Below are positions 13,906 to 27,200 of a stretch of 64,000 nt of DNA, piece after piece. A program made the position numbers and the translations under genes. Under the pieces are notes generated by a model. That model worked only from the letters and a program-made list of their open reading frames with translations, ran no database searches and was not told the origin of the DNA. The stretch's first letter is position 1; every line of letters starts with the position of its first letter. The stretch is from assembly GCA_002633005.1 (NCBI GenBank), contig NMRA01000915.1, positions 36,855 through 100,854 on the forward strand, written 5' to 3'. The DNA comes from Phoronis australis (lineage: Eukaryota; Animalia; Phoronida).

Positions 13906-15019
13906 GGGATGTAAGATATGCTAAAACACTATTTCCAAAGAAAATGGCATGCTGGCGGCATTTTTGGCCGTGTCTGGAACCCCTGACCCTCCAAATCCAC
14001 CTATATTGGTTTAAATAGCCAACTTCAAGTTGAGACAAGATTGGGATGAAGCAGCCGGTTTATTAAACCAAAGATAATACCCATGAGCTTCATTCCGGCC
14101 ACAGTGTGACCATGGAAAACACAATGCCTTCAATTAATTGGATACTATTATGATCCACTCAAAATTAATTCAAACCAGTCAACTTTCGCCATTGTGTTAG
14201 TCTCCATATGCAAAGGTACTAGTCCAATTGCCTAAACAGCCCTCAATATACCCTAAGTAATACATTTTGTGTTCATAGAGCGGATTACTTTGGTCAGCTG
14301 TATAGCATCGAAAAAAAATCTTTATTTTGTTGATTTAACGCCCATGTGCTGATGCTTGCTGGACTTTTGGTCTTTTCTGGAGATGTTTTGGTCAATGAGA
14401 AAGTTTCAGCCTCATCAGTCCTAAATTGAGCATGGCATTGTATCACGATTTTGCATGAGCATAATTATAAGGGCATGGATTTATCTTGGTTCAAGAATCG
14501 TTCCACAAAGGAATCTAGTTTCAAACTAGATTGCGCTCTTCGCGTGCAATGCATGCTGATATCTCGCAGTATTGCTGGATTTTTCAGGGTTTTCATGTCA
14601 TCAGAACTTATTCCTGGCTTGAGCTTGATACTGATGCAACTTGCTGCTCACACTAATTTTGACCAGTTTATTACAAAGAAAGATTTCCATTAGCCGAGAT
14701 ACCTCACAAATATAGGAGCATTGTAATCTCTCAAAATTCATAAAAAGCTTAGTGTGGCGGCCATTTTCTTGGTGCAGCACTAGAAGTTCAAAAATATCGT
14801 ATTTAATTCTGATTAATTACTTTGAAAACATTTGATAACATGGCAAAAAATCATTTGTTAGCAGTTTAAAGTACCCAAATTGCTTTTATAACATTTGTAT
14901 CTGAAAATAAGTGTAAAGGTTTATCTTTACGACTATCTCAAACAGTTAAACTTCTACGGAGGTTGCTTATGATAGAGAATATTCATCCAGCTTCACTTTA
15001 ACGCGCATTCTCTCTACAG

Positions 15020-16621
15020 TGCGCACGCGTGGGATGGATGTAGAAGGGGTGTATCGTGATGAGGTGGTTATACACCGTGTGTCCGAGAACAAGGACAATA
15101 CGGCACTCATCGTGGGTCTCAGCTGCGGGGCGGCTGCACTCTTCTTCATACTTATTGCCGGAGGAGTGTTCTTCTGGAAGTACGTTACAGTTGTTCTTTC
15201 TCTACAGTAATCCTTTTATAAATTGGTACAGCCTAATAATGTGTGGTGGTTAAACTTTTATTGTAATTAAATCCGTTGTTTTTCTCTAAGCACTGGTACA
15301 CCGCAACTTATGCTCTAAGAGTTTAACAGACAAGCAGTTCAAATTTTGAAACATTTTAGGAATTCCATGTCTGTTGAGAGAAATAAGTCTAAAAATTACA
15401 TTTCCACTTCAGGGCTGGTCAAGAAAAAGCAGTCAGCAACATTTTTGTGTAGAGCAGTAGCATGCATTAGCTTTCAAAGAAATAAACTTGCTTGGAACTA
15501 AATTATGTCACTTTGATTTTTGTTGATTTTTTGAAATGTACAGAAAGAAAAAGTGTAGGATATTCAATACAGACTCAAAAAAATCTAAAAATATAACCAT
15601 CAATAACTATAAATAGAAAACAGTATTGATAATATATAATGAATTGAAAAATTGCACCAGTACAACTAGAATGAATAAATAGAACTGTAGAAGGCTGTGT
15701 ACACTGTGCATGAATATGGTGCTTTCATGTTGTAAAATGTACAACTAAAAGGGGTAGCTGTTACCCTTTTTAATAGCACAGATTTGTCTCTGATAAGTAG
15801 TAAACACAGCTGTTTCATTAGTGTGTTTCTATGAATCTGCAGGAGGCAAGAGGCAGAGATGGCCAAGAAACTGTTGGAAGCACGGGTAAGATTATTGGAG
15901 TACCTAGTAAACTAGTGCTCTGGTCATTGGCATGTTCGAGACAGTTCTTTTCAGTTCCATGAACAGAACCGTACCTCGTAAGTCTACTTCACTGAGTCGT
16001 GCCCTCTGGTGTTGCTTAGGAATACCATGGTTTTGCTTTCACATCGCTCTTGTGCCAATACTAAATTGTATAATGTATTTATTTGATCACCGTCGAGCTA
16101 AAAGTATTTTTAATAAAAAATGGCAATGCAAGAATGTTTTACCTGTTCTATAGAAAATCCGTTTTTGAAAGAAATTTGTTTATTGTGTAACTTAACTATG
16201 TGTAAATGGTTCATTTCAAGGTTTGTTTTGCTAAATAGGTCAAGGGCCATGTGTAACAGAAAACTTATAAGAACACTTCTGTGACATTTTTGGGTGTTGT
16301 TGCGATTTTTTTATGTCACAAATCATTGCTTTTTTAATAAATTGCCTTGAACATTAAGATGGGGCTTTGTCCTTCTTTCCTGTTGGCTCATTTGGGCTAC
16401 TCCTCTCTATAAATTGGCGATGCGGCATGATGGAGTAGAAGTATATGAAGGTAATATGAGCTTGGACTGGTTTTCAGAGAGATTCCAAGCGTAAATCTAT
16501 AGGCACTAGACCATCTGTCACCAAGAAACCCGAGGAACAACCGTTGACGGAGTCACCCGGACCTAGTGAAGGCGGTTATGAGGGATACGGAGGGGAGGAA
16601 GAGGGTTACGAAGGGTACTAA
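15020..16621 (+). CDS. 3' exons of an uncharacterised single-pass membrane protein with an acidic Gly/Tyr C-terminal tail
   Basis: Exons 15020-15179 (tctctacag|, TM ALIVGLSCGAAALFFILIAGGVFFW, |gtacgt), 15843-15885 (KRQEAEMAKKLLEAR|gtaag), 16478-16621 (RDSKRKSIG...GGYEGYGGEEEGYEGY*). Phases 2 and 0 join cleanly, and basic residues follow the TM. Confidence 0.75.
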
Positions 16622-17309
16622 GTGATGCACTAAAGACACCCATTGGTTGAAGTTACATTTTTGCCTTTGTACTTTATTTATTAATTTCGAAGAATTTACA
16701 AAATAGAGGAGCATAGTTTTATTTATAGTAGTGCCCATCATGGAATTTTTATGTGTTTTACCAAACATGGAAATTCAGAAAAATATTAAAGAAATTATTG
16801 TTGTGTAAGTGTTGTGCTTTCAGAGCTGTATGACTATTGTAAAATTCTTCTGTTTAAGCCACAACCTCCGGCATAGGAGAGAAATTGAATTTCATCAGAT
16901 TTCCCAAAATAACTTTTACTGAAAGTTGACTTCATTGTAAGCATGGTGTACAGCAATGTCACCAAACTACACATGGTAAACATTTAATTATTTGACTTCC
17001 ATGAAGAAAGTTTTTAGAAAACGAAAATAGAAATTTGGTCCAAAGCCGAAGAATTTTATGCTGGTACTGTTGGCTACTTTAAAGATGTTTCTAGTACTTC
17101 ATTTTCTTGAAAGCCTCTTAAGGCGGATGTTAATGCAAGTTAGTTTTCTCACAATGCTCATTCAACACAACTCCGAATATCTTAAAACTTAACTGAATTT
17201 AGTAGGCTTTTTTAGTGTAATTGTCATTGTCCCTGGTGCTGCACCAGCAAAAATGTCGCCGTAGTGACTGACTGCCGAGTACTGCATGATGGGTACTCAC
17301 TTAACTGTC

Positions 17310-18043
17310 TGTCACGTTTTTCCCCGTGTGTGGGTGGGCGCAGGTTGTTACAGACCGGTGCTAATAGCTTTCGGTGCGAAGATTGACTGAAGACTGGTTC
17401 GAGTTAATCCTTTATTAATCCCTACCGTACGTTCACAAGCCTACTCAAACAAAACGTCCGATGTAATGTCTGTTTATGCTCCAGCCAGTGCTGCGAAGCC
17501 GTGACTTGTATTGAACTTCTGAGATACTTCCAGCAACTGTTACACTCGATTCAATAACCTGCTGTCTCTATAGCTGGCTCTCTATTGACTATCGCTGTAA
17601 CTACTGATTCTCTTCACTGCAACTCAACTGTAGTTCTCCTGATAAACTTTCTTGAACTCACCGATTAACTGACTTGATCTTCTTTTGAACTGCCGTGATC
17701 TCACTGACTTAATCTTCTTGGACTCAACTCACTTAATCTGACCAACACAAACCCGTGCTTGTGTAGTTATAGCCTAATGCATTGTTCTGGAACTTTTCAT
17801 CAATTCAAGCACATACCAGAACTTTCTGGAACCTACCCAATCTTTCTACAAACATGTACTAGTCTCTGGAATATTCCAGACTTCATCAATCACTGTCATG
17901 CTACAGACTTCTAGAAAGTTCCACACTATACTGTAGTAAACAAATTACATCATCATTGTACTTAACTCAGGGGTCATGCCAATCAAACAGAATAACAAAA
18001 CAAAACAATACAACTAAAAATACTGTCAGACTATATTCTGACA
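17310..18043 (-). mobile_element. Solo LTR (734 bp) of an LTR retrotransposon
   Basis: Termini TGTCA...TGACA, flanked by an identical 5-bp TSD ctgtc (17305-17309, 18044-18048). Minus-strand AATAAA at 17411-17416. Confidence 0.8.
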
Positions 18044-19764
18044 CTGTCCCATGTGTAATGATGTTTCCACGGAAACCCCGCCCACTCAAAAAATGAATAA
18101 TAAAACAAGGAAAACACCAGCGGTAGAAAGTTATGAATTGTTCATGGTTTTGTGATATCTTTTGACTGAAGAAACTCATCCCGGCTGTGTACTAAATTAG
18201 TGACCGTAGGAAAGAGTCGTTTCTACATACACACATTTCAAGTATTTCGATGAAGTATGAACAGTGTAAGGTAACATTGATGTTCTATAATCTTCGGCCG
18301 GATTCTGACTTGGGCTCATGCGGTTAAGGTGGCTCTGTTATATTGAAATACTATGCATTAATTCAAGTATGAAGGCTGCCGGATCTCCAAAGCGATCTAG
18401 TTCCGAAACGGGAATTTTCCCGTTGGAAAATTGGAGTATCAACTCCACTGTACCATTTTAGTGCCGAAAAATGCACATTCCGTGGTCCCTTGATCCTGCA
18501 TGTCTGTGTGGTTTTGCCGATTCCAAGCGTTGGGTTCGACTTATTTGGAAAAAAGGTTACTCACCAGAACACTTTCACCTAAACCTAATGCCCAAATCCT
18601 AAGAAAAGGTTGTCTTTTATGATGCTCGTTAATCTCTTAATAATTTCAAAAGGGTCCACGTGTCTGTAATTGGAAGCGACAATTTAGCTCTGCGGGCTAG
18701 ACTATTATTCGACGTTTCCCCCTAAAATGTCGCGTACCAATTATTAACCACTATCGCAGTGTGTATCCTGTGATCCAAAAATCATATGCGAAGTCGTATT
18801 CAAAAGTTGGAGTGTGTAGACTGACGAGGCCTATGTGAACTCGACGCCTCACTATCTGGCAATAGCCATTTGCATGTATGAAACACATCAAAACAGAAGA
18901 AATGACGTCACTGTAATAGGTCATTGATCAAATATGGTACCCCATTCACAAACACTTCATTCGATAGGAGCCCTTACTGTAATAGGTTAGCATTTGGAAT
19001 TTCGCTTTTTGTTTTTCGTTACCTCTTGGAAGCCCCTCCATTAGCTCATTCTGTGTATACGGCGCCTGCATGGTGTGAGGTCCTTTGTATTTGAAGTGTT
19101 CGGTACTCCCCCGTAACACTGGCCCTATATTACATGAAAAGATTCCTACGTTGACACACTCACCGGTCGAGATTGCACACCTCGACCGGTTTACGAACCT
19201 CGAAATATGCCCGCATTAGACCACATTTGTGAAAAGTACATGTGATTGGGTTTTTGAATTTTAAAAATTGGACAAGAAATGGGACTTTTACAACCTAAAA
19301 CGTTTGTATAATGTTGCCGTATTATGGTTCTCATTAATTCTACTGGGTGTGCAACATGAGTGGGCCAATTAGCAAACCACCAGGCAGCAGTTGGATTTTG
19401 AGGTAAGCCATGTGTCATTGCACAATTCGTGGCATGGAATTCTCCGTTTCATCGGTATTACACCTCCTCGCCTGTTACATCCCCTTACGTCACCTTGAAG
19501 TTGTACTCGCGGGGTCTTCCGCGGGATAAAATATTCTCGTCGATTTGTAAACCCTATTTGGCCAAAACGGAACCTTTGAGTTTCTCACTAAAAATGGTTC
19601 ATTGAGCGGCTCACCGCCGTTCCCTTTACGCTTACTCACTCTGGGAGTATTGAGGTTTCAGACATAGTATCAGTCACTTTTCGCGGTTTTGGCGTGGTTC
19701 GTACAGAAAATATAGAAAGACTTTTGTGACTCTCTTGCCTCGGTTTACAACGAATGAAACAAAC

Positions 19765-19840
19765 GGCCACGTCAGATGCACAGATAAACTACGACAAGCT
19801 GCGTTCACGTCAGTATTGTAACTGACGATGACGTCACAAC
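19765..19840 (+). promoter_or_regulatory. Cluster of CRE/ATF-type ACGTCA motifs upstream of the EGF gene start codon
   Basis: ccACGTCA 19767-19774, ACGTCA 19807-19812, TGACG 19823-19827 and the full palindrome TGACGTCA 19829-19836, 85-155 bp before ATG 19921. Confidence 0.45.
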
Positions 19841-19920
19841 AATACGGTTGTAACGAGGGTACGTGTTATGACTCTTCGGTTGTCCTGCGCTTTCTACTGG
19901 ATCGCATACTTGTTTGAGAC

Positions 19921-22900
19921 ATGAGGCTATCCGGTAAGTTGATCTGCTGATTTTATTTGCCCAGTTGTTCGAACTTCATAAAGCGAGGTCTGTTTCCTCT
20001 CACACGACCAGCAAAATAAGTGCGATTCGAAGGATGGGGTATTTGGCAGAGGAATTTTGGGATGGCCATACAACATAGTGTGTGGGAAAAAACATCTTAG
20101 CGTGCCTCAATACCAAAACCTTGTCATCTCGGAGCAGTGATGGTAGAACGAGGGAAACATACATGGGGCGGTCTAGTTGTATTGATAAGCTAAAATGTCG
20201 CTTTATCTAACGTACCTATAACTGACAAAGCTCTGGTAACCTAGCTAGTCCAATCAGATGCTAATTTTTTTGGTTTAACGTTGTATTTTTAAACGTGAGA
20301 TGTTGAGTACAATCAGACCTCGTGTACTGCGAATTTGACTCTCGTTCCTCTAAAGTATTGGTTTCCTGACAGAGTTCACCTCCTTGTTATTATTTGATTG
20401 CTCTTTTGCAAAGAATGTAGGGAATGCATAACCACCGTTTTTTGTCAGTGTGTTTATTTTGTATATAATCTAGAGACTTCCTAACTGGTCTAAATACCCT
20501 GTACGAATGTAGACAGATTTAGCCTACAGTTAGCGTTGGGGCTCTGCGCATACAACTGCTTGACACCGGCATATTGTACGTAGCCGTAGGAGTGGCGCCT
20601 TATAGAGGTGCTTCCGTTACCGAATGTCATCAACGTAGTATAAAAAGTAACACACTATCATGTTGCTAAGGACTTGAATCACTCCACCGTGAACGTGCTG
20701 TGCTTCTTTTGCAGTTTTGAATTTGGTAACCTTCCTGAGTTATACTCGAGCTTTTTTGTTTGACCAAGCGGATCACAGCGAACCAACGAAACACAAGAAC
20801 CGGGTGCAAGAGATCCTGTTAAAGACGTGTTGGGCAAAGCGACACGTGTGCTTACCCAATGGGAAGTGCGTTCACCAAGGGGGGAACAACTGGTTCTGCA
20901 AATGCAAGCTGCACTATAAGGGTGTACACTGTAAGGAGGTTCAGAAAATTGTGTACAAGTCGACGACGCGATGGAGACGTCCTCACACCACTCCAACAAC
21001 ACCTGCAATTCTGCGATTCCATTCAAATGACTGGCCCGCCAAAGTTCCTACTCCAGGCCCTGAAATTGTGCAAGCGGCAGATCCTTGTCACTCATATAGA
21101 GCTCCCTGTGGAAAGCACGGCACCTGTGTTCCTATGGGAGTAAATCGCATAAGGTGCATTTGTAAGCCGTTATACATTGGTGACTTTTGCGAAATAAAGA
21201 TTGACATGTCTGCGTTGAAGCCGCGCCTTATGTCACCCTGCCAACGTAAAGGCCGCCTCTGTCGTCCGCACGGCCTATGTATCAATCGTGGTCGTCTGCG
21301 ATTTCATTGTAGGTGCTACAACGGACACAAGGGTGAATTTTGTAAAGAAAAAGTTAAGCGCAAGAAAGCTAAGATGGAGCCCTATGGCTCCAAGCACGTG
21401 GTAATGGCCGTACGCCATAAGGTTGTTGTGGGTAAACGAAAACCTCCAAAACCATCCATTCTAAAAAAGGATGTTTGCGAAAAACTCGATTGTGTTCACG
21501 GAAATTGTGTTAAAATGATATCTCGAGACTTAAAGTTTTATTGCAAATGTACGTTTGGTTGGGAAGGCGAACGATGCACCAATGCTATCAAACCGACCAC
21601 ACCTCCATTTTCGACGCCGTGCATTGAACAGTCGAATTGTTTTAATGGGAAGTGCATCTACACGCGTGACGGTCCTGTCTGCGAATGTTTTCCTGGATGG
21701 ACGGGGGACCCGTGTGACGAAAGGATCCATACGGATAAAGACAAGGCTCTGATGAAAAAGCCTCCAATATTATCTTGTGACTCACGCCCGTGCCAAAACA
21801 ACGGCAACTGTGTAAACGTGCCGAACACTAAGGAAGGTTATGTATGTGAGTGCAGAGGCAGATGGACTGGGAAAATATGCGAAATTCCGTTCAACCATCG
21901 CATTAAAATCACGGTGCACGCTTGTGACGAAGAACCTTGCGCACACGGCACGTGTACCAATGTTCCTGAAGAAGAATCCGGTTACCATTGCCAGTGCGAG
22001 GAAGGCTACGCGGGTATTAACTGTGACCATGGCTGGGACAATGATCTGTTTCGCCATGGGTTGAACGGCGACCCCGTTCTGATTCAAGACGACTGCCAAG
22101 ACAATGGCGTGCCGTGCTTGAACGGTCACTGCGTGCCACGTGCAAACAACTTCGTCTGCGCTTGTCACCCGGGCTGGGTGGGGGAAAGCTGTGACGTCCA
22201 AAACGTGTGCTGGAACGAGCCCTGTCAAAACAACGGAACGTGCACGATGGAAAACGAGCAGATGCACTGTGCGTGTCCGCCAAGTTTTGGAGGTGCCTAT
22301 TGTCAGAACTCGTTCAAAGCTTGTCTTAGCAGCCCCTGCCTAAATGGAGGTTTATGTCATGAGACAGGTCCTGACAACTTCAGATGCATATGCGCGTTAG
22401 GGTATAAGCCACCGTTCTGCCAAGAACACCCGTGTGACCACAATCCATGCCAACATGGTGGAATCTGTGACATAGGTGGAAAAGATGTCTACATGTGAGT
22501 AGACAATTTTGATAGAAAGTACGTTTTAGCTCAAGCATGTGCCATGCGTTCTATTGTTTCAATTTAAAATTAATTTCAATATTAAATGTGCCACATCAGT
22601 TGAAAATATGATTGGGGTTTGGGTTTTCTATTTTGCAGCAAAACCTGCTGTAGCAAAACAATGAAGTCACCGATGTAGGCTATCTCATAGAAGTGAAATT
22701 TGTCTACAAATTCTTGAAACTTATAAAAGCAATTGGAATTCTCTTAGCAATCGCGTAGTTAAAATCGTCTGATTTTATTACTGCTGTGTTTCTGCACGCT
22801 GTTACATGCAAGGCGATGTCAGTCGGATCATAGTCTCAATGAACATAACTCTTTGGGCCGTGTTTTCCAATACACAGTTGCCATTGCAAGCCTGGGTTCT

Positions 22901-24201
22901 CCGGACCAGTATGTCAAATTCAGAACAATCCTTGCGACTCGTCTCCCTGCGTCCATCGTGCAAAATGCATCCCTGACTTGAACGATGGATCGGAGGAGGC
23001 CACATTTATGTGTCAGTGTATACCGGGTTACGCAGGCAAGAATTGTTCAAAGGCCAACATGGCGTGTGCACGAAACCCTTGCGCAAACGGAGGTATGCTG
23101 TTTCATTTTGTTTCTTAAAACTCCGCTCGTGCACTTAAAAATGAAATGGTGTGTATTCCAAACGCTTTGTTCGACACGTGTCCGCACAACGCGTGGTGTT
23201 GTGCTGATATCAAAGCTAATACATAAACAAAACGTACCGAGAGTGGCGTACATGAAGTAATATCCCACGAGATATTACGCCTACAAGGAATAATGTCGAG
23301 TGGGATATTACTTCATGTACGCCACTCTCGGTAGGTTTTGTATTTATCCCATACGCTTCGAATTCCTAAGTTTCTTTCAGTTTCTTCCGCATATTTTTTA
23401 AATACTTCACTCAGACTGTTCACGTGGCGGATCACATCCTATACATGTATGTATGTACTTGCGCGTTAGGCTGGAAGTTTTCTCTAATGAAAGAAACAGT
23501 TTTAAATATGACGATTTATTTCTTGAAAGTGATGACAAAGATCAAAACAAGGGTTACTTTTCATTGAACTTGTAACATCTCCTGAAAATAGTAAATAACA
23601 ACATTTTATATTGTGGTTACCGATGAATCGGCGCCAGAGTTGCACACGATAAAATATTTAGCAAATGAAAAATGAGACGTAACTGTCATATAATTAACCG
23701 TCTTGTTCCAGATGTTACGACTGAGACGTGATTGTATGTTGAGCGTTATTTACACTGCTATAATTGTATTACTTTAAACTATTTTCCGAAATTTGGTGAT
23801 CGAACCGGCTAACGACGTCGAGTCGACATTGACCTACCTTTTGAACTTTTCATGTCAGAGGTCACTTTTGAAGTAGTGCGGGAGGTGAATAAGGAAAACT
23901 TTATTACATGGCCGTATTTCCCTCGACAAATTCAACGCGTATGGGATAAAAAGCCGTATTGTGTCACACACTGACTTTTAGTTAAGTCGCTTGGCTTTCT
24001 AAAACTTTCCCACTTTGTTTCTTATTCAGATTAGATTTGACTTTTGAGATTGTAAAGAACTGGTAATTTGTTGTTGTTGGAAGCCACGCTGAACGCCTAA
24101 AATGACCAATTGATAAGCCCATAAATCGCTTCTGATCTAAGTATGACACCATTTTTATGCGCGCACACGCTCTCACACGCATACGCACACACACGCACAC
24201 A

Positions 24202-24242
<41 letters not shown>

Positions 24243-27200
24243 TTACATCCATGTGGTGGCATATTGTCGTCACTTGTCCGGGTATCCTCTCGATATCTCA
24301 AAATCCCTGACAAAGTTTGGCATAAGGATGTAGAACGGTTTGTGCCACTTTTCAATTTGGTCCGCCTTCTGGTGTCACAGGGGTGTGACTTATTCTGTGT
24401 TTTTGGGGGGAAGAGCGTTTCCGAATGACATCTAGAGAACGGATAGACGGATTTCAATGAAACTTCATACAAAGGTGTGTGATCAATGCTCCGGCAGGAT
24501 TAAATTTTGGGACAGATTTGACTACTGTAGCACCTAGCTCCATTGTTCGAACTCGACGAGGATTTTTCAATCAACCCGAAAATCAAATGATGTCAGTCCG
24601 CACCTCCTAATAGCGTTTAGAAACATATCATGTGCGATTCACCGTGGGCTCATGTCAACGCCCCAGCGTTGCTCTTGTAACAAGAGTAAGTGGTCTCGGT
24701 CAAATATATGAGTTTTCAACTAAAGGTGTCTGTTTAACGGCTGTGAATATGGATGTGTCCAACGAAATTATGGAGAATTTTCTTTACCCTTGTATTCCCT
24801 AGAGTTAACTTGTTGCTAAATCTTTTGAAGTCATAAAGTTTAATTTCAGCTTATTTTGTGCCTATTTCAGGCACGTGTATAACAGCGGAAGAAGTCAACT
24901 ATCGAGAAGCAATGGAACACTCGCTCGAAAAAGTACAACTACCCATAGAGGGCAGTTACGAGTGTCTCTGTCCACAATTATATACAGGCAAGCCATTAAA
25001 TTGTCAAATGATACAGCAGGCAGTGTAGTGCACCATCAACTAAGGATTATATCAGCTGTAGCCTGCCCCTAAATCTCACAGTCATATGAGGTTTCATTAA
25101 CGACCATCGAAACTTTGATCCTAACTCCATCTATTTAATGTGACATCAAGAATTAGGATGCCTCTATACTTACTCCTACATAAAAACAATCGTGTACAGT
25201 GCATGCCACAATGTCTTGAACACAAATGCCTCTGCATTGAATGATTTATTCGAATGCAACACTTTGTAAATATTAGTAATTATTTTGTGTTAAAATACAA
25301 TATTTGTTGACGCGTTAATGAATGAGCTTAATTGGCGACTCCCATTTTGACTGACGTATTGGAATTCACTGCTGAAAGGCGGTATATAAGTTCACAGTCT
25401 TCTAACTTGACGGAGAGACTTTGTGTTTACTAATGTAACTTGAAAGGAGTTCATATACTTCGTAATGTGAAAATCTTTCTTAAAAGGATACTAAGTCCTG
25501 TTTTGATGATTTAAGCCAACCTTTATTCTGTCACCTACTAATGCATCAATGGAATGATAAAAGCAGAAATCAGATAAAAACTCATACTTCCTTTGTCAGA
25601 GATGGGTTATTATGGTTCTTGGAGGATGGTCTTTCCCCACAGTCGCCGTGTAATTCGCGTGCCCGTTTATTAGACTTTGAAAAGGGTTTTCAAAATGTCC
25701 TCCAAACTGTTGAGGGCTGCCGTGTGTTACAGAGCATTATTTTATATCAAAGAATTGGATAGATAAGTCGTTTTTGACATATTTTAATAGGCCAAACAGG
25801 GTTTAGTATCCTTTTAAAGGTCCCACTTTGGTAACGTTATCCACCAAATTAGCCACTGCATTTTGAAAAAACAGCAACGTAGTTGTTTGGGAGTGACGCC
25901 ACAGGCAAAGTACATGGAGGTGAGAGGGGTCGTGTAATCACAACATATTTTTTTGATTTAATGTTTGAACTGCATTATAATAACTTGCGTGCCTTGGAAA
26001 CATTAGGAGGTGTGTTGAAATCTCTATTATACAGTAGCATCGAACTTTCACTAGTACCTGCGCAGAGCTGCGTATCTACCGCTGGAACTAGAGCATGTCA
26101 AAATAAGACGTTAGCTTTAGTGAGAAGTCTGATTATGTTTTGCGTTTCGTGCGCGTTACACTGCGTAGTACACGTCCTTAGGATCTCACTGTGAGGCGGA
26201 GTTAAAAGGTTGCACTGTAACGCCATGCCAAAACGAGGGAACATGTGTCGAGCTGACAATGAGAGAGAAGTTAGAGGGTGCCAAATCGACGTACAGATGT
26301 GAATGTCGGATCGGCTTCTCCGGGGTTAATTGCGAGGAGAAGGGAACATGTGACGATGGACCGTGTCTTCATGGAGGTACTTGTGAGGTGAGAGTTACTA
26401 GACCTAGTTCTTTTTTCTTTTAACTTTCAAGCTCATGTATTAACTCAACAGGAACCAAAATATCACAGTCATGTCGATTTCACTGTCAGAAAAAAGTTAG
26501 ACTACAGTAATAAAATTGGCATCAACTTGTTCATTATTCATGTTCGAAGAGATTTCTTGCCTTGGAAAGAACGGACAAGTTCGTTATTGCTTGAGAAAAT
26601 GCCCAACAAGTATGAATGCCCGTTGGGGTGAAAGGGTCGCCGTAAAGTTACGCCACGAATAATTACTTTACGCCGCAAATAATTTCTTAACGCCTTTAAA
26701 TTACCCCGCAAATAATTACTTTAGGCCTTTAAATAATTACTTTACGCCTCTAACAAACATTAACTTAACCTAAGTTAACGGCGTAAAGTAATTCTTTGCG
26801 GCGTGAAGTAATTTCTTTACGCCGCAAATAATTACTTTACACCGCAAAAAAAGTACTTTACGCCTCAAAAAATAATGTACGCCACAAGTAATTTACGCCA
26901 CTAATAAGAATTAATTAACGCACGTAATTTTACGGCGACACTTTCCCCCCAACGGCCTATCTTACACAAGCCGAATTATCACGCCGTGTCATTTTGTTCG
27001 GCGAGCTTAGACTCGAGCACAAACCAAATGGCAGTTCATTCAAAGTCCGGAAATCACTTCTCGTAAGGAACACATTGAGACCAGTTTGATAGCGGTAAAT
27101 TGTATAAGTCAAAATATCGTTTTTCTTACAGAACTCGGTTTTGCGGTGGCTTCTCAGTAGCGAACGAGTTTTGATTTGAAATGTAGAGTGCTCATTTAGT

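Noticed and set aside
21782-22283. Minus-strand ORFs of 161 and 88 aa
   Set aside because: Antisense shadows of the EGF exon.
23982-24472. ORFs reading CVCVCV
   Set aside because: Translation of a (CA)n microsatellite.
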